In this document: positions 11,740-24,049 of the stretch, one piece after another | Layout: the number at the start of each line of letters is the position of its first letter | Position numbering within the stretch: position 1 is the first letter of the stretch | Origin: Lama guanicoe | Taxonomy: Eukaryota | Reading direction: 5' to 3' | DNA length: 64,000 bases | Assembly: GCA_013239625.1 (NCBI GenBank) | Contig: MU054212.1 | Coordinates: forward strand, 310,001 to 374,000 | The notes under the pieces: model-generated | What the model was told of the DNA's origin: nothing | What the model saw: the letters and a program-made list of their open reading frames with translations, nothing else | Databases searched by the model: none | Made by a program: the position numbers and the translations under genes

Positions 11740-14090
11740 ACACCCTCTCTCCGAGTGACTTCATCCAAATTCATGATTTAGCTGATGCTTATGTCTCGTG
11801 ATTCCCAATTCTGTGTCTTCAGCCCAAAACTCTTTTTGGAATTCCAAATTCATGTCTACTAGATTTCCCAACTTAAAACCTCCCATGTACCTCTTAAACT
11901 CAACATATTCAAAACTAAAGTAGTACGTTTAAAACTACTCCTATATTCCTTAGCTCTGATAATGAACTGCCATCCATCTAATGCCTAAAGGAAGTCGTGA
12001 AGTCCAGCTACATTTCTTCCTGGCACACTCCACTCCTTGACCCCCAGTCAGAGTCTTGTAGCTCCTACCTTCTTCACATCATGCATATTGTTTCCTCTAA
12101 TTTCACTGCCATTTGCCTAAATTCAGTCCTTTGTCACTTTTCACCTGAGTTCCTGCAACAGTCTCCTGTCTACTTGATGCTAGTCTATCCCCATTTAGCT
12201 CATCTTCCGCACTGCTTCCAGATTTCTCTTTGGAAAATGCAAACCTCATTACCTCACTCCCCTACTTAAAATACTTCAAAAGTCTTTTTTAGCTCAAAAA
12301 GTAAAAGTCACTTCAAAGTGTGATTCTGACTATCCTTTCGGCTGATATCCTACCAATTTGCCTCGTGGACTTTTCTTTCAGCCATTCCACGTTAGTTGCA
12401 GTTTGCATGTTGTGTCACACTTATGTACCTTCAAACATATCCCTCTTTTGAAAAATCTTCTCCTCACCTGCTATTACTACTGGCTCCTAGACCTTCCTTT
12501 AAACACCATCCTGACATTTGCTGCAGGCAGACTTCTTATGTACTCCCAAAGCACTGTGAGTATACTAATATTCACTGATCACACCGACCTCACCTGACCC
12601 TACAACCTCTCCAGCTACCTCCTCATTTTTCTACTTTCCTTGGTAGCAAACCCCATCAAAAAATTGTCAATATTCACTTTGTCACCCCTTCCTCTCCTCC
12701 ATTTATCTCTGAAACACATTTAAATTGCTCTTTTCATCTTGACTCTTCTAGCAAAATAACTCTTGACAAAGTCATAAACGTCTCTGACACAGCTGTAAAC
12801 AACGGTCATTCCTTAGTCTTCATCCGACTGACCTATCACAGTTGTTGCATTGGATATAATTAATCACTCCCTCCTTCTTGGAAGACTTTCTTCTCTTGGC
12901 TTCTAGGAAGCACTCTATCTTGGTTCTCCTCCCATCTCACTAGCAGCTACTACTCCATCCCCTCTGGGCTTCTCCTGATCAGCCTGATCTCTAAAACGTG
13001 GAGTGCTTTTCTCTATCCACTCACTTTCTGGGTGATATCATCCCTTTCATAGCTTTAAATACCTCCTATTAAGGATTACAGTGCCCAAATACATATCCTA
13101 ACCCAAAACTCTACTCTGAACTCCAGAGCACCCACCTTAACACAGGCATTTGAATGTCTAATTGGCAGCTTACCAAACTCCTTTGGCAATCCTTCCCATT
13201 TCAGTAAATAGAAATTTCTTTCTTTCAGTTGCTCAAACCAAAAACCTTGGAGTCATCCTTGACTCCTCTTTTTCTCCTATACTTCACATTTACACCACCA
13301 GTAAATCTTGGAAGATCTGCCATCAAAATATATCCACAACCCAGCCACTTCCTACTCATCACCCTGGTCAGCCCATTCTCTCTTACCTGGGTTATGCAAC
13401 AGCCCCCCAGCTGGTCTCCCAGCTTCTATCCTTGTCTCCCTTCATAAAATAGCCAGAGTGACTCTTTGAAAATTAGTTGTATTCCGTCCCTTCTCTGCTC
13501 AGAATCCCTAAATTATTCTCATATTAGAGGCATTACAATGGTTTACAAGACCCTACATAACTTAGCCCCCTACTAACTCCCTAAACACATCTCCAACAAC
13601 TCTTTCCAACACTCTGCTGCAACTACACTGGCCAAGCATGGTCCTGCCTCAGGCCCTTTACAATGAATGCTTCCTCTGCCTACTGTTGTTCTTCCCTGAG
13701 GATATCCGCATGCTCACTCCCTCACTTCCTTCACATCTCTGCCATCCTCTCAGAGGCCTTGCCTGATTAATTTTCAATTGTATTTATCATTATTTCTTAT
13801 ATTGTTTGTTTATTGGTTTATATTCTGTCTTACTCCATTGTAATGTAAGCTCTATCAGGACAAGCACCTTATGTTCACTGCTGTTATCCCCAGCCCTAGA
13901 ATAGTGCCAAGAGCTCAACAGATGTTCCATAATAAATCAAATGGATTTAAATACAGGTTCACTTATGTGTCTCCCCCCAACTAGAATCTATACTCTTTTA
14001 AAAGAAGGATCATATCATATTAAACTTTAAATCCCCTTTGCCTAGCACAATGCCTAGTAAGTGTTCAATCTATTCATGGAAAAAATGAGC
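11740..14090 (+). mobile_element. Cluster of L2 fragments
   Basis: Repeated L2 motifs (cactccctccttcttggaagac, ccttggagtcatccttgactcctc, gtaagctctatcaggacaagc, cctagcacaatgcctagtaagtgttcaa). Confidence 0.75.
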
Positions 14091-14159
14091 TAATAAGTAT
14101 ACAACTCAGCTGCAAGCATGAGGATGTTTAACAGCCCTCAGGAAAGATGGTTAACAAAA

Positions 14160-15150
14160 AGTTGACATTGTCAGCTGAATGAAAGGAGAAAAAGCACTCC
14201 TAAGAGAATGCAGACTCCAGAGGTGGCAGGAGAATCAGATCAACTACTGGAGCTTTGCATTCCCTTGGCCACAGTGATGGTTTCCGACATGGATCTCCAT
14301 CAGAACCATGGCTTCTAGGACAAAGACAAGTGCTCTCTCTACTAGAACACAAGCTGAGAGGATGTAAGCTCTGAAGTCTCTGTCACCATCTCGCTACCAT
14401 ATGAAATTTTAAACTAAAGAAAACACCACAGAAGACAGAACTAGTAAAAGGGGAAACCAAATCCTAAAGGCACTGCTCACACTCTGCATTCATACTGCCT
14501 GAATATCTACTCCCTTTTAAATTATATGAGTCAACACATTATCTTTTTTTGCTTAAACTGGTTCAAATTTGGGTTTGGGTCACTTGCCATAGAAAAAAAA
14601 ATTCTTGATTAATTCATGATCTTTTAAAAATGCAAGATATTCTGATTGATTATGTGTAGGCCACGGAATCTGTATTTTAAAAAGGTCCCCAGAAGTATCC
14701 ATCAGGTTCTGAGTTGCAAACAGCAAACCAAAGTCTGGGAGAACCAAAGCAAAAAGAATCCATTAAGGACAATAAGCATCTTACATAATAAACAGGAGCA
14801 CTGGAAAGCCAGGCTTAGGGCTATGTAGGGAGGAAAGAAGTCCAAAATTGTGCTGCTAAACTCATCCCGTGAAGCAGTCACTAATGCTGCCAAAGAATAC
14901 TAACCACTATGGCTTGCACAACTGCCCCCAGGAACTCAATCTTGGGGCAACCACCATCACCTCTAGCACTGCTGCCACTACTACGCTGTACATTCAGTTT
15001 GGTTGCAGCTATTTCTGCAAACCAGTCTACTGCCCCTGCCAAGCCAGAAGCTTGATTTTGCTACTACTGCTAACGTTACTAGAAAGCCAGAAGTATTTTT
15101 CTATAATTCCCTCTCCTTTGCATCGCTAGCTCCTCTGCACCACACTGGGA
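14160..15150. mobile_element. Two old MLT1 (J/K/L-like) LTR remnants in opposite orientation
   Basis: ...tgagtcaacacattatctttttttgcttaaactggttcaaatttgggttt...cacttgc (+) and tcaggttctgagttgcaaacagcaaacc (-). Confidence 0.5.
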
Positions 15151-15164
15151 TTTTCAAATTCTAG

Positions 15165-15355
15165 AAAAGAAGACAAGTTATGCCTTACAGTAATATTCAT
15201 CAACTGGAGAAGCTTCTAATCATGCTTTCCACTCAACTATGACCTGAGAATGGATCAACCAAAAGAAGTCTGTTATTCTCTTGCCAATGAGCAAGACATG
15301 AAGAGGCTCATTCTTTGCTTGGGGGGGGGGGTCCAGAGTCTAATTTACGCCACTG
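15165..15355 (+). pseudogene. Putative relic exon
   Basis: Acceptor ttttcaaattctAG, donor CTG|gtattg. Reads KRRQVMPYSNIHQLEKLLIMLSTQL*PENGSTKRSLLFSCQ*ARHEEAHSLL (TGA at 15240 and 15288). The G11 run at 15321-15331 is a likely frameshift site. Confidence 0.35.
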
Positions 15356-15699
15356 GTATTGTTTTCCTGTTTCTCATACCAAAAGATATTATAAATATTT
15401 CTGCTCCTACTAAGTATACCATTTTGATCAAACTACTAGAGCAATCCAGGCTTACAAATAATTTTACAATTTTTTAACCAAATTCCTCAGTGTATTTATG
15501 GTTCATATAATCTACTAATCCAATGCCCACATGCTAAAGATTAAAAGCACCTGAAAGAAAATTATTTTAGACACATATCCAGGAGTTTACAAAATATGTG
15601 GCATACTTGTCAAAAACCTTATAAAGACAATTTTCTGTAATCTTAAATTAGTACAATTAAACATCAGAAATCTTTCTTTATAACCCCTGCTCTCTCTAG

Positions 15700-16406
15700 C
15701 GTGAGAATGGGAGATTTTCCTTTCCTTCCACATGGAGATTTGAACTCAGCAATTACGTTCAAACTATTCTAGCCAAACAATTGATCCCATCTCTAATGAT
15801 CCATTGCTTCACTCTGCTGTCTGTCTATGTTCCTTCATGGCCTCTGACCATGGAACTCTGGAAAAATGAGTCTGACCTCTTCTTTCAACTCAATATGAAG
15901 TGTGGCTGGCATGCTCCCTGCTTCTTTCAACATGCAGCCTGTTACGCACCATCAGCTTTAAGCTAGTGACATGGTGAAAATTCTCAGGTGATTGGTCAGA
16001 TCAAAAATGGAGACGTTTCTGGTCCTCTTGCCACAGTAAAATTTGTTTCTTGCTATGGTCCCAGCAGAGGAGTCATCTTCCCAGACCTCCTTTCAGGCAT
16101 GTAGACCCACATGCTGATTAGTAACCTGCAGGCACTTCCTTGATCACTGATAATATTTTTGACTAAGACTTCAGACTGCACCCTATACCTCATTTGTACA
16201 CTGCCACAGTACCACTGGTGGAAAGTTTTGCAATCCACCCTCTCCCCTTTGACAGTTTATTTCAGTGGATCCCACACACAGCTACGGCTCTGAGTCATTG
16301 TCTGTCTGTTTTTCCGTTGCACAACCTCAAGGAAGGGCTTTGTCAGTGTTTGATGATGGGCTTTTACCTGCACCTTGGTTGGATCCCCTTGGAACACTGC
16401 TAGAAG
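15700..16406 (+). pseudogene. Putative large relic exon (or two exons; internal acceptor at 16255) with two DCX-like repeats and the start of a third
   Basis: Strong acceptor (ttataacccctgctctctctAG). 88 open codons from 15700 (RENGRF...QTILAKQLIPSLMIHCFTLLSV...), then the same frame gives QIKNGDVSGPLATVKFVSCYGPSRGVIFPDLLSGM*THMLISNLQALP*SLIIFLT. 16256-16406 is open in another frame (…QPQGRALSVFDDGLLPAPWLDPLGTLLE); donor AAG|gtatcc. Confidence 0.55.
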
Positions 16407-16509
16407 GTATCCCTCTTGAGCACTGAGCTTATGCCAACCCTTTCTTTTTTCTCATCTTTGCTCTCTGACTCCTGGACCTTCCACCAATAGCCTGTTTGGT
16501 TCTGTTTAG

Positions 16510-16573
16510 GTGTATTACCTCATGCACAATTAGATTTGTACAGCTCTTTTCTTATAGCAAAAGTAGAATGTAG
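16510..16573 (+). pseudogene. Putative relic exon
   Basis: Acceptor tttggttctgtttAG after a 103-nt pyrimidine-rich intron; weak donor TAG|gtcact. Reads (G)VLPHAQLDLYSSFLIAKVEC with no stop. Confidence 0.4.
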
Positions 16574-16689
16574 GTCACTGTTATCCAAAGATCTGAATTA
16601 ACTGAAAATCTACAGGAGGCTCTAGATCATGAGCCTTGAATCTATTCTACAATGAGCACATTTCATATCCTGCTTTAATCAAACTACAG

Positions 16690-16865
16690 GATACATAAGA
16701 TTTATCAGATAGTAGAAACAGATGGATCTAAGAGACTTCCTAGTTATTTTCCCTTATAAAAAACAGAAACACAGAGAGGTAAATTATTTTTAAAGATAAA
16801 TGGGTATTGACAAACAGATCAGGGACTAGAATCCAAGTTCAGGGTTCTTTCTTCTCTACTACTCT
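16690..16865 (-). mobile_element. MIR SINE
   Basis: aaacagaaacacagagaggtaaattattt...cagggactagaatccaag. Confidence 0.65.
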
Positions 16866-17004
16866 GCCTTTTCTCTAATTTTTTTTTCTTTTTTTCATAT
16901 GTAGCCATTCTGTTAAAGAAAATCTTTGCGTGTAGTTACTTAATGAGTGACTTCATGGGAGGGAAGGGAGAAGGAAAACATACAACAATGCTTTATACAA
17001 TGGG

Positions 17005-19400
17005 GTTGTAGGCTGAATAATGCCTCCCAAAGATGTCCATATCCTAATTCATAGAACCTGTGAGTATGTTACACTACATCACAAAAGAGATTTTACCAGT
17101 GTGATTAAGTTAAGGATCTTGAGATGGAGTGATTATTCTGGATTATCTGGGTGGATCCAAAGTAATTACAGGAGTCCTTTTAAGTGAATGGTGAGGGCAA
17201 AAGAGTCAGAATCAGAGAAGGAAACATGATGACAGAAACAAGGTTGGAGTGATATGATATGGGCACTCAATTTATCATTGCTGGCTTTGAAGATGGAAGG
17301 GGAACATGAGCCAAGAAATGCAGGAAGTTTCCATAAGACAGAAAAGGCAAGGAGGTAGACTGTCCCCTAGAGCCTCTAGAAGGAATGCAATCCCAATGAT
17401 GAATGCAGTCCTGATGACACCTCTATTTTAGCCCAGTGAAGCCCACTTTGGATTTCTGACTTCCAGAACTAATCAGTTCGTGTTATTAAAACCACTAAGT
17501 TTGTTGTAATTTGTTATAGCAACAATGGAAAACTAACACAAATTTTGGTGCCAGAACTGTGGTGCTACTATAAACAAATACCTAAAAATGTGGAAGTGGC
17601 TTTGAAACTGGGTAATGGCTAGAGCCAGAAGATTGCAGTGCAGAAAAAGTCTAGATTGCCTTGAACAGACTGTTAGCAGAAACACAGATGTTAAGGACTC
17701 TGCTAGTGAGGCTCAGGCAGAAATTAGAAACATGTTACTAGAAACTGGAGAAAAGAGGATTCTTGCCATATAGGAGCAGAAGTTTAGGTGAATTCTGTCC
17801 TGCAGTTATGTAGAAAGCTACACTTGTAAATTATGAACTTGAATATACAGCTGAGTAGATTTCCAAACAAGGTTTTGCAGGAGCAGGCTGGTTTATTCTT
17901 GCTGCTATAATAAATTCCCTGGGGAAAGGGATAGATTGAGGGAAGAACCAGGACTTGGTAATTTGGAAATTCTCAGTCTATCTGGATTGCAAAAGATGCT
18001 AATTTTAGGAGATTCATTTTAAGGGAATTGTGCTCTGGAGAGAAATCCAAGAATGTAGCTGGACAACTTTAGGCTAGTGTCTTAGATCAAAATATCAGAG
18101 TACAGGTGGTCCTTGATTTGCAATGGTTTGAGTTATAACTTTTTTTTTACTTTACCAAGGTATGAAAGTGATATATGTTCAGTAAACACTGTACCTTGAA
18201 TTTTGAATTTTGATCTTTTCCTGGGCTAGTGATAAGCCATATGACACTCTCTCACGATGCTGGGCAGCAGCAGTGAGCTACAGATCCCAGTCAGCCACAT
18301 AATCACAACGGTAAACAATCAATACACTTACAACTATTCTGTACACATACAACCATTTTGGTTTTCACTTTTAATACAGTATTCAATAAATTACATGAGA
18401 TATTCAACACTTTATTGGAAAATAGGCTTTGTGTTGGATAATTTTGCACAGCTGTAGGTTAGCGTGTTGTGAGCCCATTTAGGGTAGGCTAGGCTAAGCT
18501 ATGATGTTTGGTAGGTTAGGTATATTAAATGCATTTTTGACTCCTGATATTTTTAACTTATGATGGGCTTATCTGGATGTTGAGGAGGATCTGTATTCAG
18601 TCACATAGAGGGATCTTTAAAGAGATTAGGTATATGATTTATAAATCCCCTCAGTCATCTCAGCAGGAGCCAGGAATAGAAATGGGGTTATCCAGAAAAG
18701 ATCTGTAGAAAAGCTTCTTATATAATGGAGTAAATCCCATGAGATATATAAGAGACCTACAAGTTTCTTAAGAATGCCATACCAGCAGGAATGCTGCCAG
18801 CTTGGACAGAGAGGGTATGAAATGAAAACACATTGTCATGATTAGATAAAACTAATCAGCTGCAAATATGTGCTACTTTTTGTCAAAAAAGAAGGATGGC
18901 TTCAAGGGCATAGATCCAGCCACGAACCCAGCGGCAAAACTGTGAACTACAGAGGATTATTCCTAGGCATTAAAATATGATGCTTGCCTGGCTGGATTCT
19001 GAAATTGTTTGGGACCTATGACTCCTTTTTTCTTTCCATTTTCTTCTTTTTTGAAAGGGAATATCTATATTCCTGCACATCTGTTATCCTATGCCTAACC
19101 AATTTTGAAGGCATGTAAGTTGTTTACTAGTTTCACACAAACACAATTGGAAATAAATTTTTCCACAGGGTATATAATACCCAGAGTTACATCCATACCT
19201 GATTTACTAGATTTAGATAATGATATTTGAGACTTTTGAGGTGATGAGATTTAGGTGAGATTTTAGACTTGAGTTAATCCTGTAAATAACTGACATTTTG
19301 GGGCATCTTGGGATGGGGTCAATGTATTTTACAAATTGGATGAGTGTGGATCTTTGAGACCACTAGTAGGACTGTGGTAGGCAGAAGTATGGCTCCCCAT
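17005..19400 (+). mobile_element. MaLR MLT1D-like element: 5' LTR (17005-17540), internal region, start of 3' LTR (~19373)
   Basis: LTR tgtaggctgaataatgcctcccaaagatgtccatatcctaat...aaaactaacaCA; internal cctaaaaatgtggaagtggctttgaaactggg; second LTR start tgtggtaggcagaa. Confidence 0.85.
18103..18593 (-). mobile_element. Tigger-family (MER47/Tigger5-like) DNA transposon nested in the MLT1 internal region
   Basis: TA|caggtggtccttg...gaggaggatctg|TA termini; gtaggctaggctaagctatgatgtttggtaggttaggt. Confidence 0.8.
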
Positions 19401-20900
19401 GTATTTGAGGTATATAATCTATTTAAAAGTAAAATGTATGACAACAATAGCACAGAGGACAATAGAAAAGAAATAGAATTATACTATGGTAAGGATACTG
19501 CATTAATGCATTATGTGTGAGGTAATACAAATATAACTTGAAGGTACACTGTCATCACGTAATGATGTATATTGGAAACACTAAAGCAACCACTAAAAAA
19601 TAAAACAGAGAACACAACAAAATGGAGATAAAACAGAATTTTTAAATATGCAGTTAATTCAAAAGAAAGCAGAAAAAGGAGCAAAGAACATATTGAACAA
19701 ATAGAAAACAAACAGTGATACAGAACAGTGATACAGATACACAGCTTCAGAAACATGTGGGACAACATCAAGTATGCCAACATATGCATAATGTGAGTTC
19801 CAGAAGGAGAGGAGAGAGTGAAAGGAGCAGAAAGACTATCTGAAGAAATAATAGCTGAAAACTTCCAAATTTGATAAGAAGTATGAATTTTCACATCCAA
19901 GAGACCAAACTCCTAGTAAACTTCACATATTGGACACATTTTAATCAAACTATTGAAATCTAAAGGCATGAAAGAATCTTGGAAGCAGCAAGAGATAAGT
20001 AATTTATCACATGCAAATGATACTAAGGAAGACCAGTGCTAATTTCCCATTAGAAACCACGGAGGCCAGAAGGCATTGGGATGACTTATTTAAAGTGTTG
20101 GAGGAAAAAAAAAAAAGGCTGTCAACCAAGAATTCTATATTCAGCAAAATTATCATTCAAAAAATGAAGGAGAAATCAAGACATTCTTACATAAATAAAA
20201 GCTGAAAGAGTTCATCACTAGCAGATCTGCCTTACAAGAAATGCTAAAGGGACTTCTTCAGACTAAAATGAAAGCACACTAGAAAATAACTCAAAGCCAT
20301 ATGAAGAAATAAAGAACTCCAGTAAAGGTAACTACATAAGTAAATGGAATTGGCGTTTTATTTTTGGTTTGTAACTCCTCTCTGTTTCCTATATAATTGA
20401 AAGCCAAATGCCTAAAAAATAATTATAATTCTATGTTAATGTGTATACAACATATAAAGAAACAATTTGTGACAACATAAAGGAAGTGGAGCTTTTAGGA
20501 GCAGAGTTTTTATATGGTACTGAAACTAAATTGATATCAGTTCATACCAGATTATTATAAATGTAGGATTATTAATTGTAAGTCCCGCGGTAACCACTAT
20601 GAAAATAACTAAAAGTCTACACAGAAGAGAAAATGAGGAGAGAAACAAAATCACATCCAAGGGAAAAAAATCAAACACAACTGAAGGCAGCATTAGAGGA
20701 ATTGTGGAATAAAAAAGATATGCTATATAAAAACCAAATAGAAAAATGGCAGAAATAGTTCTTCCTTATCAACAATCACTTTAAATATAAATGAATTACA
20801 CTCACCAATTAAAAGACAGAGACTACCAGAATGGATTAAAAGAAAAGAAAAAACAACCCAACTATAATGCTTCTAAAGGAGACACTTTCCATCCAAAGAC
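19400..20900 (+). mobile_element. Old L1 fragments (ORF1 C-terminus, inter-ORF region, ORF2 start)
   Basis: gtgggacaacatcaagtatgccaacata...ccagaaggagagg; ggaggccagaaggcattgggatg; tcactttaaatataaatgaattacactcaccaattaaaagacagag. Confidence 0.85.
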
Positions 20901-20919
20901 AGTTTTTGTCCTGAATTAG

Positions 20920-21345
20920 AAGCAAATAGTTGTTAGTAATTAAAATGAGAAAGACGGTATGTGGATTCATGGAGCATGGGAATGGTGGAGATCAGGAGTT
21001 TAACAGTGGACACCTTAGGTCTGAAATGTCTGTTAGACACTCCAGTGAAGATATTGAAGAGGGTGAATATATGAATCTGAAGTTCAGGGGGAAGTCCAAG
21101 CTGGAAATAAATATTTACAGTCATCATCATAGAGTTGTTATTTAAAGCCCCAGGAATAAATGAGATGTAAGCAGAAAATGTATGTAGATAAGAGAATAGG
21201 TTCAGAAACCAAGTTCTGGGTCGTTTCAACATTAATAGGCTGGCGAAGAAGAGGAAACAGAAATGGCAGCTGATGAGGCAGGAAAACCAGGGAAGCCCGG
21301 TCATAAACACATTCTAAAGAGAAAGCATCAACTTTGTCAAAGACT
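20920..21345 (-). mobile_element. L2 LINE fragment
   Basis: gatcaggagtttaacagtggacac...tgaaatgtctgttagacactccagtgaagat. Confidence 0.7.
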
Positions 21346-21364
21346 ATTTGTTTTTTCTTTTCAG

Positions 21365-21414
21365 GTCTGGTTTGGGATAGCCTCACCTCATAATTCGTGT
21401 TTTCTCCTCAGAGG
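21365..21414 (+). pseudogene. Putative relic exon
   Basis: Acceptor ttttttcttttcAG, donor AGG|gtagtt. Reads (R)SGLG*PHLIIRVFSSE(G). Confidence 0.4.
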
Positions 21415-21730
21415 GTAGTTTATTCTTAAATCCTAAGGTTTGTCCATAAAAAACAATGATAATGAGTTACACATGGTTCTAATGCTGTGTATATGTGTGT
21501 GTGTGAATGTGTGTGTTTGTGTATGTGTGCGGTGGGGGTGGAGGGGGTATTATAGTCTAATACTGAGAAGTAAAATGGGAAAATCATGGACTTTGGAGCT
21601 ACTCCTAGCTCCAACCACTTTCATATTAGTTCAGTAGCCTTGGGAAAATTACTTACATTCAGTTTCCCTGTGTGTGCAATAAAACTAATAACATCTCATA
21701 ATCTACTGTTAGAATCAAATGACTTTCTAT

Positions 21731-21937
21731 GGTTAGCACACATTTGATCCTATCCAAAACATACATAAGTCTTTTGGTCCACACCAAAAGGTCCTCGACA
21801 TTCGGTCCTATCCAAAACCATTTGGCATGGACCAAATATGGTCACAGACATTTTGGATAGGATCAAATTTCAAGGGCCTATTGGCATGCACCAAATGTCT
21901 TATGGGTGTTTCAGACAGGACCAAACATCCTGCAAGG
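21731..21937. mobile_element. Palindromic MITE-like element inserted into a MIR
   Basis: ~80-bp arms are imperfect reverse complements; 8-bp direct repeat ctttctat at 21723-21730 and 21938-21945. Confidence 0.7.
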
Positions 21938-22664
21938 CTTTCTATTTGTATAGACGCTATAAGAGCTCAAGAAAATTTCATCCCTAGCTCCTCTCTGACA
22001 TAAGGGAATATTCCTATGTTTCAACGTTCTTTCAGCTACTAAAACTGAATATCTTCTCCTGATGACTGGCTTTCCTTCCTCTGTATTAAAATGGTTTTAT
22101 AAGGAAAAATGTATTCCAAATGCTGATATTTAGGAGGAAATGATTTGATTCGCTCAATGAGGCTTCCCTTAGAAAAAGGAAATATTCTTTAAACAAGATT
22201 GCTCTGGTACTAAATGGGTGGGGAGGGAGAGGAGGAAAGAGAAAAAGAAAAATTATAAATGGGTTCACTGGAAGCAATGGAGATCAAAATAATTCTTTGA
22301 ATATAAATATAATGCAGCTCTTAAATCAAAGCTCCTTCCCTAACAGCATCACAATTCTTACCCTCTTTCTTAACTCCTGATAGTCAAACCCCTTTTCATA
22401 TCTATTATCGATATTAGCACTTCTCTTTTGTAACACAAAAGTGTTAGAGTTGCTCTTCCCATTCCAAAAGCATGATTCTTTCATACAAAATTTACTCTCT
22501 TTTTATGTTGTTGTAATTTAGGGGGTTGGATTGAGTTGTACTTCTTTGTGTGGGGACGTGAGTGAGTGGGAGAAGAAAGAAATTACAGAAAAGAGAGGCT
22601 CATGCAATGAAACTATCTGTGAGCCAGAACCCTCCTAGGAAGCTGAGGTGGTTAATTTTTTCAG

Positions 22665-22762
22665 GCAATCTTCTCAACTTCTTTTGACTTGGTTTCTTTA
22701 GTATGCCTCCTTGCTTACACCATTTGGATTGAGTAATCAAAAAAAAAGGAGTATGAAAGAAA
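22665..22762 (+). pseudogene. Putative relic exon
   Basis: Acceptor ttaattttttcAG, donor AAA|gtgaat. Reads NLLNFF*LGFFSMPPCLHHLD*VIKKKGV*KK; all three stops are TGA. Confidence 0.4.
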
Positions 22763-23134
22763 GTGAATTAAAAACGCTTTATGATACACGGATAGATCAC
22801 AGAAAGGGCAAGAAAATCTTAGTTATGTCACAAAAGATAAATGAGCTTCAAAAAATCACATATAATCTATTGCACTATCTATTACAGTTTAAGAATTCAA
22901 CAGTGCTTATCAGCTTACCTGCATATCCCAACTGCTGACTCTAGCACATAGTTTCTGTTTTGACCCTAACATCACATAACTGTTTATTCATTAAGACTGA
23001 GGGAATTTCTACAGTCCTGAACAGGGGTCACTGAAGTTGAAATCTCTCCTTTCTCTGCCTTATTTCCTTATAAATCCAAGGTGTCTTTGGAGATAGATAG
23101 GTACTGAGTAATCTGACTTAGCTTGGCCATACAG

Positions 23135-23207
23135 GCATCTGGAGAATTTCTCCTGATAATACAATCAGAACAAAGAAGTCTCAAAAGTACAATGGACCTA
23201 TGCAAAG
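23135..23207 (+). pseudogene. Putative relic exon
   Basis: Branch-like ctgac, acceptor ccatacAG, donor AAG|gtatgc. Reads ASGEFLLIIQSEQRSLKSTMDLCK with no stop. Confidence 0.4.
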
Positions 23208-24049
23208 GTATGCTCCACCATTCTTATTTTTTCTACCCAAGATTTATCATTACTCCCAAAATACCAAAGGATAGAAAAAACAGAGATACCAAAGAAGGAA
23301 TGAATTTAGAGAAACATTAAAAACATAATGATTTGTCAAGATAATAGGAAAAAGCACATAATCCAGCAGTCAAAAAAAAAAAAAAAGGTTACCTAACAGG
23401 ACACAGGCTGAAGATAACCGACATAAGCCGAGGAAATGCCTTGGATTGCCAAATGACAAATTGCCTCCTTATCAATCTCATTGATAATTACCAAACTTTT
23501 CTGGTATGGTGTCAGACTCTAATAATACCGCTGAAGTGGATAAAGAGAGAAAGAAAACAGAGGAAAGAGAAAAACAGGGTAAATAGCTACTTAGATGAAT
23601 AAAAATATTTGTATGATATAGGACTCACAAATCACTCTGAGGCCACTGCACTGCACCACAGACTAGAAGGCAGGATTTTGCCCCTTCTAGCCCCTCTGTA
23701 GGTCCAAAATTCCACAGTGATATTGATAGTGTGACTATCTGGATGGGCTGAAACATTCAGTTATACCATGGCCACATCTGTCTGCAAAAAGGCACTCGCA
23801 TATATCAGCTGCTATGGAACCAGAGAGAATGGAAGTTTAGGGTCAGAATCATCTAACCTGGGCTAGATTTGTTATTCCACTTAAACATGATATAAACTAT
23901 TTAGATACATTTACTAAGTTTGCCTTCTTCTTCTTTAAAATTAAAAAAGGAATGTGGTCAACTGAATGATGTTAAAATAATTATTCCAGAAGTGCCACTT
24001 AGCCTATTTCTTCTCAGCTGTTATCAACTGTAAGATACAGATATGTCTA

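Noticed and set aside
21486..21530. (TG)n-like tract and the overlapping CVCV ORF
   Set aside because: An interrupted simple repeat; the ORF is a repeat artefact.
21731..21937. CRISPR-like or regularly spaced repeat array
   Set aside because: The units form one palindrome with no unique spacers, in a mammalian context with no cas genes.
15165..23207. Kinesin-motor-like reading of the relic exons (e.g. TVKFVSCY...PDLLS; PWLDPLGTLLEGVL)
   Set aside because: No P-loop (GxxGxGKT), SSRSH or DLAGSE motif can be found, and the recurring NG...LL..C..L...RhF..G pattern fits DCX repeats better. Only a profile search can settle it.
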